Below, in pieces: positions 42,066-55,400 of a stretch of 64,000 bases of DNA. Location of the stretch: assembly GCF_009914755.1 (NCBI RefSeq), contig NC_060933.1. The stretch is one strand, 5' to 3'. The notes beneath the pieces were generated by a model. It ran no database searches and was not told the origin of the DNA. It saw only the letters and a program-made list of their open reading frames with translations. A program made the translations under genes and the position numbers. The DNA comes from the human T2T-CHM13v2.0 reference genome, Homo sapiens. The number at the start of each line of letters is the position of its first letter. Positions within the stretch are counted from its first letter, which is position 1.

Positions 42066-45000
42066 TTCCATTCCATTGCATTCCATTCTATTCCATTCCG
42101 GATGATTCCATTCCATTGCATTCCGTTCCATTCCATTCCCCTGCACTCGGGTTGACTCCATTCCATTCCATTCCATTACATTCCGTTCCATTCCATTCCA
42201 TTCCATTCGGATTGATTCTTTTCAACTCCCTTACTCTCCATTACATTCCATTCCATTCGGGTTGTTCCATTCCATTCCATTCCATTCCACTCCATTCCAT
42301 TGCACTCGCGTTGATTCCATTCCATTCCATTCCATTCCATTCCATTCCGGATGATTCCTTTCCATTGCATTCCGTTCCATTACATTCCGCTGCACTCGGG
42401 TTGATTCCATTCCATTCCTTTCCATTCCATTCGATTCCATTCCATTCCCCTGCACTCGCGTTGATTCTATTCCATTCCATTCCATTCCATTCCATTCCAT
42501 TCCATTCCATTCCATTCCTTTCCTTTCCATTCCATTCCATTCCATTCCGTTCCGTTCCATTCCATTCCATTCCATTCTATTCGGGTTAATTCCATTCCAT
42601 TCCATTCGATTGCAATCGAGTTGATTCCATTCCATTCCTTTCCATTCCATTCCATTGCATTCCAGTCCTTTCCATTCCTTTCCATTCCATTACTGATGAT
42701 TCCATTCCATTGCATTCCATTCCATTCCATTCCCCTGTACTCGGGTTGATTCCATTCCATTCCATTCCAATCCATGCCATTCCAGTCGTGTTGATTCCAT
42801 TCTTTCCTTTCCATTCAAGTTGAATCCATTCCATTGCATTCCATGGCATTCGATTCCATTCGATTGCACTCGGGTTGATTCCATTCCATTTCATTCCATT
42901 CCATTCCATTCCGTTCCATTCCATTTCATTACATTCAGATTGATTCTATTCAATTCCCTTACACTCCATTATATTCCAATCCATTCTGGTTGTTTCCATT
43001 CCATTCCATTCCATTTCACTGCATTCCATTGCACTCGGGTTGATTCCATTCCATTCCATTCCATTGCATTCCATTCGATTCCATTCCGGATGATTCCATT
43101 CCATTGCATTCCATTCCATTCCATTCCCCTGCACTCGGGTTGATTCCTTTCCATTCCATTCCATTGCATTCCGTTCCATTCCATTCCATTCCATTCGGAT
43201 TGATTCTATTCAATTCCCTTACACTCCATTACATTCCATTCCATTCGGGTAGTTTCCATTCCATTCCATTCCATTCCACTGTATTCCATTGCACTCGGGT
43301 TGATTCCATTCCATTCCATTCCATTCCATTCCATTCCATTCCATTACAATCCATTCCATTCCGTTCCATTGTACTCGGGTTGATTCCATTCCATTGCATT
43401 CCATTCCATTCCATTCCATTCCATTCCATTCCGTTCCATTCCATTACATTCGGATTGATTCTATTAAACTCCCTTACTATCCATTACATTCCATTCCATT
43501 CGGGTTGTTCCATTCCATTCCATTCCATTCCACTTCATTCCATTGCACTCGTGTTGATTCCATTCCATTCCATTCCATTCCATTCCATTCCATTCCATTC
43601 CGGATGATTCCATTCCATTGCATTCCGTTCCATTACATTCCCCTGCACTCGCGTTGATTCCATTCCATTCCATTCCATTCCATTCCATTCGATTCCATTC
43701 CATTCCAATTCTTTCCATTCCATGGTATTCCGTACCATGCCATTCCATTCCATACAATTCCATTCCATTCCATTCCACTCCGTTCCGTTCCGTTCCGTTC
43801 CGTTCCGTTCCATTCCATTCCATTCCATTCTATTCGGGTTAATTCCATTCCATTCCATTCGATTGCAATCGAGTTGATTCCATTCCATTCCATTCCATTC
43901 CATTCCATTCCATTCCATTCCATTCCTTTCCATTCCATTACGGATGATTCCATTCCATTGCATTCCATTCCATTCCATTCCCCTGTACTCGGGTTGATTC
44001 CATTCCATTCCATTCCAATCCATGCCATTCCACTCGTGTTGATTCCATTCTTTCCATTCCATTCAAGTTGAGTCCATTCCATTGCATTCCATTCCATTCC
44101 ATTCCCCTGCAGTCGGGTTGATTCCATTCCATTCCATTCCATTCCATTCCATTCCATTCCATTCCATTCCGTTCCGTTCCATTCCATTACATTCCATTCT
44201 ATTCGGGTTAATTCCATTCCATTCCATTCCATTCCATTCCATTCCATTCCAATCGAGTTGATTCCATTCCATTCCATTCCATTCCATTAAACTCCATTCC
44301 AGTCCTTTCCATTCCATTCCACTCTGGTTGATTCCAATGTATTCCTTTCCATTCCATTCCATTCCATTGCAATCGAGTTGATTCCATTGCTTTGCATTCC
44401 ATTCCATTCCATTCCATTCCGGATGATTCCATTCCATTGCATTCCATTCCATTCCATTCCCCTGCACTCGGGTTGATTCCATTCCATTCCACTCCATTCC
44501 GTTCCATTCCATTCCATTCCATTTTATTCGGGTTAATTCCATTCCATTCCATTCCATTCCATTCCATTCCATTCCATTCCATTCCATTACCATCGAGTTG
44601 ATTCCATTCCATTCCATTCCATTCCACTCCTTTCCATTCCATTCCACTCGGGTTGATTCCATTCTATTAGTTTCCATTCCATTGCATTCCCTTCCATTCC
44701 ACTCTGGTTGATTCCATTCCTTTCCATTCCACTCGAAAACATTCCCTCCTATTCCACTCGGAACGATTCCATTCCATTCCATTCCATTCCATTCCATTCC
44801 ATTCCATTCCATTCCATTTCGTTCCATTCCATTCTATTCCGTATCATTCCATTCCATTCCATTCCATTCCATTCCATTCCATTCCACTCGTGTTGATTCC
44901 ATTCCTTTCCATTCCATTCGGTTTGAATGCATTCCATTCCATTCCATTCCATTCCACTCCCTTCCATTCCATTCCATTCCATTCCATTGTACTCGGGTTG

Positions 45001-45540
45001 ATTCCATTCCATTGCATTCCATTCCATTCCATTCCATTCCTTTCCATTCCGTTGCATTCCATTCCATTACATTCGGATTGATTCTATTCAACTCCCTTAC
45101 TCTCCATTCCATTCCATTCCATTCGGGTTGTTCCATTCCATTCCATTGCATTCCACTCCATTCCACTGCACTCGGGTTGATTCCATTCCATTCCATTGCA
45201 TTCCATTCCATTCCGGATGATTCCATTCGATTGCATTCCGTGCCATTACATTCCCCTGCACTCGCGTTGATTCCATTCCATTCCATTCCATTCCATTCCA
45301 TCCATTCCGTTCCATTCCGTTACATTCCATTCCATTCCATTCTATTCGGGTTAATTCCATTCCATTCCATTCCATTCCATTCCATTCCATTCTATTCCAT
45401 TCCATTGCAATCGAGTTGAATCCATTGCATTTCATTCCATTCCATTCCATTCCATTCCATTCCATTCCATTCCGGAAGATTCCATTCCATGGCATTCCAT
45501 TCCATTCCATTCCCCTGCACTCGCGTTGATTCCATTCCAT
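39620..45540 (+). repeat. Direct paralog of 1-6005
   Basis: As above; homology ends abruptly at ...ctcgcgttgattccattccat|tcctctgcattctattgc. Confidence 0.9.
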
Positions 45541-46417
45541 TCCTCTGCATTCTATTGCACTCGGGTTGATTGATTCCATTCCATTGCATTCCATTCCATT
45601 CCATTCGATTCCATTCCATTCTGTTCAGGTTAATTCCATTCCATTCCATTCCCTTCCATTCCATTCCATTCCATTCCATTCCATCCCATTGCAATCGAGG
45701 TGATTCCATTGCATTCCATTCCATTCCATTCCATTGCATTCCATTCCATTGCATTCCCCTGCACTCAGATTTATTCCATTCCATTCCTTTCCATTCCATT
45801 CCGTTCCATTCCTTTCCATTCCATTCTATTTGCGTTAATTCCGTTCCATTCCATTCCATTACATTCCTTTGCAATCGAGTTGATTCCATTCCATTCCGTT
45901 CCATTCCATTCCATTCCATTCCATTCCATTCCATTCCATGCCATTCCACTCGGGTTGATTCCATTCCTTTCCATTCCATTCGAGTTGAATCCATTCCATT
46001 CCATTCTATTCCATTCGATTCCATTCCATTGCTCACGTGTTCATTCCATTCCATTCCATTCCATTCCATTCCATTCCATTCCATTTCGTTCCATTCCATT
46101 CTCTTCCGCAGTATTCCATTCCATTCCATTCCACTCCATTCCATGCCATTTCACTCGGGTTTATTCCATTCCTTTCCATTCCATTCGGGTTGAATTCATT
46201 CCATTCCATTCCATTCCATTCCATTCAATTCCATTACATTGCACTCGGGTTGATTCCATTCCATTCCATTCCATTTCAATCCATTCCCTTCCATTCCATT
46301 TCTTTCCATTCCATTCCATTCCATTCCATTCCATTCCATGCCATTCCACTCGGGTTGATTCCATTCCTTTCCATTCCATTCTAGTTGAACCCATTCCATT
46401 CCATTCCATTCCATTCC

Positions 46418-46435
46418 ATTGCACACGGAATGGAA
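46418..46435. other. Inversion junction 3 (CATTC to GAATG) overlapping at ACGG
   Basis: attgcacACGGaatggaa. The intact module elsewhere reads gcacacgggttcattcc (15701-15717), so it is truncated here. Confidence 0.9.
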
Positions 46436-49400
46436 TGGAATGGAAACAACCCGAATGGAATGGAATGCAATGGAGTGTAAGGGAATTGAATACAATCAAT
46501 CCGAATGTAATGGAATGGAATGGAACGGAATGGAATGGAATGGAATGCAGTGGAATGGAATCAAACCTAGTGCAATGGAATGGAATGGAATGGAATGGAA
46601 TGGAAGGGATTGGATTCAACCCAAATGGAATGGAAAGCAATGGAATCAACCTGAGTGGAATGGCACGGAATGGAATGGAATGGAATGGAATGGAATGGAA
46701 TGGTACAGAATAGAATGGAATGGAACGAAATGGAATGGAATGGAATGGAATGGAACGGAATGGAATGGAATCAACTCGATTGCAATGGAATGTAATGTAA
46801 TGGAATGGAATGGAATTAACGCGAATAGAATGGAATGGAATGTAATGGAACGGAATGGAATGGAATGGGATGGAATGGAATCAATCTGAGTGCAGGGGAA
46901 TGGAATGGAATGGAATGCAATGGAATGGAATGCAATGGAATGGAATGCAATGGAATCAACTAGATTGCAATGGGATGGAATGGAATGGAATGGAATGGAA
47001 GGCAATGGAATGGAATGGAATTAACCTGAACAGAATGGAATGGAATGGAATGGAACGGAATGGAATGGAATGGAATGGAATGGAATGGAATGGATTCAAA
47101 CCGAATGGAATGGAAAGGAATGGAATAAACCCGAGTGAAATGGCTTGGAAGGGAATGGAATGGAATGGAATGGTACGGAGTAGAATGGAATGGAACGAAA
47201 TGGAATGGAATGGAATGGAATGGAATGGAATGGAATGGAATGAAATGAACCCGTGAGCAATGGAATGGAATGGAATGGAATGGAAGGGAATGGAATGGGT
47301 TCAATTCGAATGGAATGGAAAGGAATGGAATCAACCCGAGTGCAATGGCATGGAATGGAATGGAATGGAATGGAATGGAATGGATTCAACCCGAATGGAA
47401 TGGAAAGGAATGGAATAAACCCGAGTGGAATGGCATGGAATGGAGTGGAATGGAATGGAATGGAATGGAATGGAATGGAATGGAATTAACCCTAATAGAA
47501 TGGAATGGAATGGAATGGAATGGAATGGAATGGAAGGGAATGGAATGGAATGGAATGGAATGGAATTAACACGAATAGAATGGAATGGAATGGAATGGAA
47601 TGGAATGGAATGGAATCAACTCGATTTCATTGGAATGGAATGGAATGGAATGGAATGGAATGGAAGGGAATGGAATGAAATTAACCCGAATAGAATGGAA
47701 TGGAATGGAATGGAATGGAATGGAATGGAATGGAATGGAATGGAATAGAATGGAATCCAACCGAGTGCAGTGGAATGGAATGGAATGGAATGCAATGGAA
47801 TGGAATCATACGGAATGGAATGGAATGGAATGGAATGAAATGGAATGGAATGCAATGGAATGGAATGGAATCAACCCGATTGCAATGCAATGGAGTGGAA
47901 TGGAATGGAATGGAATGGAAACAACCCGAATGGAATGGAATGTAATGGAGAGTAAGGGAATTGAATAGAATCAATACGAATGTAATGGAATGGAATGGAA
48001 CGGAATGGAATGCAATGGAATGGAATGGAATGCAATGGAATGGGATCAACCCGAGTGAAATGGAATGGAATCGAAAGGAATGGAATGGAATGGAATGGTT
48101 TCAACCAGAATGGAATGGAAAGGAATGGAATCAACCCGAGTGGAACGGAATGGAGTGGAATGGAATGGAATGGAATGGAATGGAATGGGTTCAACTCGAA
48201 TGGAATGGAAAAGAATGGAATCAACCCGAGTGGAATGGCATGGAATGGAATGGAATGGAATGGAATGGAATGGAATGGATTCAACCCGAATGGAATGGAA
48301 GGGAATGGAATAAACCCGAGTGGAATGGCATGGAATGGAGTGGAATGGAATTGAATGGAAGAAAATGGTACGGAATAGAATGGAATGGAACGAAATGGAA
48401 TGGAATGGAATGGAATGGAATGGAATGAACCCGTGTGCAATTGAATGGAATCGAATGGAATGGAATGCAATGGAATGGATTCAACTAGAATGGAATGGAA
48501 AGGAATGGAATCAACCCGAGTGGAATGGCATGGCATGGAATGGAATGGAATGGAATGGAAAGGAATGGTACGGAATAGAATGGAATGGAACGAAATGGAA
48601 TGGAATGGAATGGAATGGAATGGAATGGAATAGAATGGAATGGAATAGAATGGAATCCACCCGATTGCAGGGGAATGGAATGGAATGGAATGGAATGGAA
48701 TGGAATGGAATGGAATGGATTCAACCCGAATGGAATGGAAAGGAATGGAATCAACCCGAGTGGATTGGCATGGAATGGAATGGAATGGAATGGAATGGTA
48801 GGGAATAGAATGGAATGGAACGAAATGGAATGGAATGGAATGGAATGGAATGGAATGGAATGGAATGGAATCAACCTGAGTGCAATGGAATGGAGTGGAA
48901 GGGAATGTAATGGAACGGAAACAACACGAATGTAATGGAATGTAATGGAGTGTAAGGGAATTGAATACAATCAATCCGAATGTAATGGAATGGAATGGAA
49001 TGGAATGGAATGGAATGCAATGGAATGGAATGGAATGGAATGGAATGGAATGGAATAAAATGGAATGGCAGGGAATGGAATGGAATCAACCCGAGTGCAA
49101 TGGAATGGAATGGAATGGAATGGAATGGAATGGAATGGAATGGATTCAACCCGAATGGAATGGAAAGGAATGGAATAAACCCGAGTGGAATGGCATGGAA
49201 TGGAATGGAATGGAATAGAATGGTACGGAATAGAATGGAATGGAACGAAATGGAATGGAATGGAATGGAATGGAATGGAATGGAATGGAATGGAATCAAC
49301 CTGAGTGCAATGGAATGGAATGGAATGGAATGGAATGGAATGGAATGGAATGGAAACAACCCGAATGGAATGGAATGGAATGGAATGGAATGGAATGGAA

Positions 49401-52400
49401 TGCAATGGAATGGAATCATCCATAATGGAATGGAATGGAATGGAATGGAATGGAATGGAATGGAATGGAATGGAATGGAATGGAATCAACTCGATTGCAA
49501 TCGAATGGAATGGAATGGAATTAACCCGAATAGAATGGAATGCAAAGGAATGGAACGGAACGGAATGGAATGGAATGGAATGGAATGGAATGGAACGGAA
49601 AGGAAGGGAATGGAATGGAATAGAATGGAATGGAATGGAATCAACGCGAGTGCAGGGGAATGGAATGGAATGGAATGCAATGGAATGCAATCTTCCGGAA
49701 TGGAATGGAATGGAATGGTATGGAATGGAATGGAATGGTACGGAATAGAATGGAATGGAACGAATTGTAATGGAATGGAATTGAATGGAATGGAATGGAA
49801 GGGAATGGAATCAACGCGAGTGCAGGGGAATGTAATGGAATGGAATGCAATGGAATGGAATCATCCGGAATGGAATGGAATGGAATGGAATGGAATGGAA
49901 TCAACCCGAATGCAATGGAATGGAGTGGAATGGAATGGAATGGAACGGAATGGAACAACCAGAATGGAATGGAATGTAATGGAGAGTAAGGGAGTTGAAT
50001 AGAATCAATCCGAATGTAATGGAATGGAATGCAACGGAATGGAATGGAATGGAATGGAATGGAATGCAATGGAATGGAATCAACCCGAGTACAATGAAAT
50101 GGAATGGAATGGAATGGAATGGAATGGAATGGAATGGAATGGAATGGAATGAAATGGAATGGCAGGGAATGGAATGGAATCAACCCGAGTGCAAAGGAAT
50201 GGAATGGAATGGAATGGAATGGAATGGAATGGAATGGAATGGATTCAACCCGAATGGAATGGAAAGGAATGGAATAAACCTGAGTGGAATCGCATGGAAT
50301 GGAATGGAATGGAATGGAATGGAATGGTACGGAATAGAATGGAATGGAACGAAATGGAATGGAATGTAATGGAATGGAATGGAATCAACCTGAGTGCAAT
50401 GGAATGGAGTGGAATGGAATGTAATGGAATGGAAACAACCCGAATGGAATGGAATGTAATGGAGTGTAAGGGAATTGAATACAATCAATCCGAATGTAAT
50501 GGAATGGAATGAAACGGAAGGGAATGGAATGGAATGCAGTGGAATGGAATCAAACCTAGTGCAATGGAATGGAATGGAATGGAATGGAATGGAATGGAAT
50601 GGAATACTGCGGAAGAGAATGGAATGGAACGAAATGGAATGGAATGGAATGGAATGGAATGGAATGGAATGGAATCAACACGAGTGCAGTGTAATGGAAT
50701 CGAATGGAATGGAATGGAATGGAATGGATTCAACACGAATGGAATGGAAACGAATGGAATAAACCCGAGTGGAATGGCATGGAATGGAGTGGAATGGAAT
50801 GGAATGGAATGGAATGGAATCAACCCGAGTGCAAAGTAATGGAATCGAATGGAATGGAATGGAATGGAATGGATTCAACCCGAATGGAATGGAAAGGAAT
50901 GGAATAAACCCGAGTGGAATGGCATGAAGTGGAGTGGAATGGAATGGAATGGAATGGAATGGAATGGTACGGAATAGAATGGAATGGAACGAAATGGAAT
51001 GGAATGGAATGGAATGGAATGGAATAGAATGGAATGAACCCGTGTGCAATGGAATGGAATCGAATGGAATGGAATGGATTGGAATGGATTCAACTCGAAT
51101 GGAATGGAAAGGAATGGAATCAACCCGAGTGGATTGGCATGGAATGGAATGGAATGGAATGGAATGGAATGGAATGGAATGGTACGGAATAGAATGGAAA
51201 GGAACGAAATGGAATGGAATGAAATGGAATGGAATGGAATGGAATGGAATCAACCCGAGTGCAGGGGAATGGAATGGAATTGAAGGCAATGGAATGGAAT
51301 CATCCGGAATTGAATGGAATGGAATGGAATCAACTCGATTGCAATGGAATGGAATGGAATGGAATGGAATGGAATGGAATGGAATGGAATGGAATGGAAT
51401 TAACCCGAATAGAATGGAATGGAATGGAATGGAAGTAAATGGAATGGAAGGTAATGAACCCGAGTGCAGGGGAATGGAATGGAATGGAATGCAATGAAAT
51501 GGAGTCATCCGGAATGGAACGGAAAGGAATGGAATGGAACCAACCCGTGTGTAATGGAATTGAAAGGAATGGAATGGAATGGAATGGAATGGAATGGAAT
51601 GGAATGGAATGGATTCAACCCGAATGGAATGGAAAGGAAGGGAATCAACCCAAGTGGAATGGCATGGAATGGAATGGATTGGAATGGAATGGAATGGTAC
51701 CGAATGGAATGGAATGGAATGGTACCGAATAGAATGGAATGGAACGAAATGGAATGGAATGGAATGGAATGGAATGGAATGGAATGGAATGGAATGGAAT
51801 GGAAACAACACGAGTGCAATGTAATGGAATCGAATGGAATGGAATGCAATGGATTCAACCCGAATGGAATGGAAACGAATGGAATAAAACCGAGTGGAAT
51901 GGCATGGAATGGAGTCTAATGGAATGGAATGGAATGGAATGGTATGGAATAGAATGGAATGGAACGAAATGGAATGGAATGGAATGGAATGAAATGAACC
52001 CGTGTGCAATGGAATGGAATGGAATGGAATGGAATGGAATGGATTCAACTCGAATGGAATGGAAAGGAATGGAATCAACCCGAGTGGAATGGCATGGAAT
52101 GGAATGGAATGGAATGGAATTAACCCTAATAGAATGGAATGGAATGGAATGGAATGGAATGGAATGGAATGGAATGGAAGGAAATGGAATGGAATGGAAG
52201 GGAATGGAATGGAATGGAATGGAATGGTACGGAATAGAATGGAATGGAACGAAATGGAATGGAATGGAATGGAATGGAATGGGATGGAATGGAATGGAAT
52301 GGAATCAACCCGAGTGCAGGGGAATGGAATGGAATGGAAGGCAATGGAATGACATCATTCGGAATTGAATGGAATGGAATGGAATGGAATGGAATCAACT

Positions 52401-55400
52401 CGATTGAAATGGAATGGAATGGAATGGAATGGAATGGAATGGAATGGAATGGAATGGAAGTGAATGGAATGGAATGTAATGAAACCGAGTGCAGGGGAAT
52501 GGAATGGAATGGAATGCAATGGAATGGAGTCATCCGGAATGGAACGGAATGGAATAGAATGGAATCAACCCGAGTGCAATGGAATGGAATGGAATGGAAA
52601 GGAATGGAATGGAATGGACTCAACCCGAATGGAATGGAAAGGAATGGAATCAACCCGAGAGGAATGGCATGGAATGGAATGGAATGGAATGGAATGGAGT
52701 GGAATGGTACAGAATAGAATGTAATAGAACGAAATGGAATGGAATGGAATGGAATGGAATGGAATCATTCCGAGTGGAATAGAAGGGAATGTTTTCGAGT
52801 GGAATGAAAAGTAATGGAATCAACCAGAGTGGAATGGAATGGAATCGAGTGGAATGGAATGCAATCGAATGTAATGGAAAGGAATAGAATGGAATCAACC
52901 CGAGTGGAATGGAATGGAAAGGACTGGAATGGAATGGAATGGAATGCAATGGAATCAACTCGATTGCAATGAAATGGAATGGAATGGAATGGAATGGAAT
53001 GGAATGGAATTAACCGGAATAGAATGGAATTGAATGGAATGGAAAGGAATGGAATGGAATAGAATGGAATGGAATATAATGGAATGGAATGGATTCAACT
53101 CGAATGGAATGGAAAGGAATGGAATCAACCCGAGTGGAATGGCATGGAACGGAATGGAATGGAATGGAATGGAAGGAAATGGAATGGAATGGAATGGAAT
53201 GGAATGGAATGGAATCAACCCGAGTGCAATGGAATGGAATGGAATGGAAAGGAATGGAATGGAATGGATTCAACCCGAATGGAATGGAAAGGAATGGAAT
53301 CAACCCGAGAGGAATGGCATGGAATGGAATGGAATGGAATGGAGTGGAATGGTACGGAATAGAATATAATGGAACGAAACGGAATGGAATGGAATGGAAT
53401 GGAATGGAATGGAATGGAATGGAATGGAATCATTCCGAGTGGAATAGAAGGGAATGTTTTCGAGTGGAATGAAGAGGAATGGTATCAACCAGAGTGGAAT
53501 GGAATGGAATTGAATGGAATGGAAAGGAATAGAATGGAATCAACCCGAGTGGAATGGAATGGAAAGGACTGGAATGGAATGGAATGGAATGCAATGGAAT
53601 CAACTCGATTGCAATGAAATGGAATGGAATGGAATGGAATGGAATGGAATGGAATGGAATAGAATGGAAAGGAATCACTCCAAGTGCAGGGGAATTTAAT
53701 GGAATGGAATGCAGTGGAATGGAATCATCCGGAATGGAATGGAATGGAATGGAACGGAATGGAATGGAATCAACTCGAATTCAATGGAATGGAAAGGAAT
53801 GGAATGGAATGGAATGCAATGGAATCGTACGGAATAGAATGGAATGGAACGAAATGGAATGTAATGGAATGGAATGGAATGGAATGGAATGGAATGGAAC
53901 GGAATGGAATGGAATGAACCCGCGTGCAATGGAATGGAACGGAATGGAATGGAATGGAATGGAATGGAATGGAATGGGTTCAACTCGAATGGAATGGAAA
54001 GGAATGGAATCAACACGAGTGGAATGGCATGGAATGGAATGGAATTGAATGAAATGGAATGGAATGGAATGGAATGAAATGTAATGGAATGGAAAGGAAT
54101 GGAATCAACACGAGTGGAATGGCATGGAATGGAATGGAATTGAATGAAATGGAATGGAATGGAATGGAATGAAATGTAATGGAATGGAATGGAATGGAAT
54201 CAACCCGAGTGCAATGTAATGGAACCGAATGGAATGGAATGGAATGGATTCAACCCGAATGGAATTAAAACGAATGGAATATACCCGAGTGGAATGGCAT
54301 GGAATGGAGTGGAATGGAATGGAATGGAATGGAATGGAATGGAATGGTACGGAATAGAATGGAATGTAACGAAATGGAATGTAAGGGAATGGAATAGAAT
54401 GGAATGGAATGAACCCGTGTGCAATGGAATATAATGGAATGGAATGGAATGGAATGGATTCAACTCTAATGGAATGGAAGGGAATGGAATCAACGCGAGT
54501 GGAATGGCATGGAATGGAATGGAATGGAATGGAATGGAATGGAAGTAAATGGAATGGAATGGAATGAACCCGAGTGCAGGGGAATGGAATGGAATGGAAT
54601 GGAATGGAATGGAATGGAATGGAATGGAATGCAGTGGAATGGAATCAAACCTAGTGCAATTGAATGGAATGGAATGGAATGGAATGGAATGGAATGGAAT
54701 GGAATGGAATGGATTCAACCCAAATGGAATGGAAAGCAATGGAATCAACCCGAGTGGAATGGCATGGAATGGAATGGAATGGAATGTAATGTAATGGAAT
54801 GGAATGGAATGGAATGGTACCTAATAAAATGGAATGGAACGAAATGGAATGGAATGGAACGGAATAGAATGGAATCATTCTGAGTGGAATAGAAGGGAAT
54901 GAATTCGAGTGGAATGGAAAGGAATGGAATCAACCAGAGTGGAATGGAAGGGAATGGAATGGAATGGAAACTAATAAAATGGAATCAACACGAGTGGAAT
55001 GGAATGGAAAGGACTTGAATGGAATGGAATGGAATGGAATGGAATCAAGTCGATTGCAATGGAATGTAATGGAATGGAGTGGAATGGAATTAACGCGAAT
55101 AGAATGGAATGGAATGGAATGGAATGGAATGGAATGGAATGGAATGGAATCAACCTGAGTGCAGGGGAATGGAATGCAATGGAATGCAATGGAATGGAAT
55201 GGAATGGAATGGAATCAACGCGAGTGCAGGGGAATGGAATGTAATGGAATGCAATGGAATGGAATCTTCCGGAATGGAATGGAATGGAATGGAATGGAAT
55301 GAAATGCAATAGATTCAACTCGATTGCAATGGAATTGAATGGAATGGAATGGAATGAAATGCAATGGATTCAACTCGATTGCAATGGAATGGAATAGATT

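Larger units (their letters stand above)
25845..46427 (+). repeat. HSat3 block 3, CATTC on + strand, about 20.6 kb
   Basis: Starts at ggaaTGCActcgggttg and ends at ccattgcacACGGaatgg. Confidence 0.97.
45541..54900. repeat. HSat3 sub-type 'B' domain spanning junction 3 (interrupted by the 49395-50145 island)
   Basis: The same markers in both orientations (GGAATAAACCCGAGTGG, GAACCCGTGTGC, CAAACCTAGTGC). It lacks the TTCAAGTTGAA and CCGGAAGATTCC modules. The right boundary is gradual. Confidence 0.7.

Noticed and set aside
45570-46889. Chimeric ORFs crossing junctions (IPFHS to MEWNG, e.g. 45700-46713)
   Set aside because: This is the expected consequence of a strand switch in stop-poor repeat, with no evidence of coding function.
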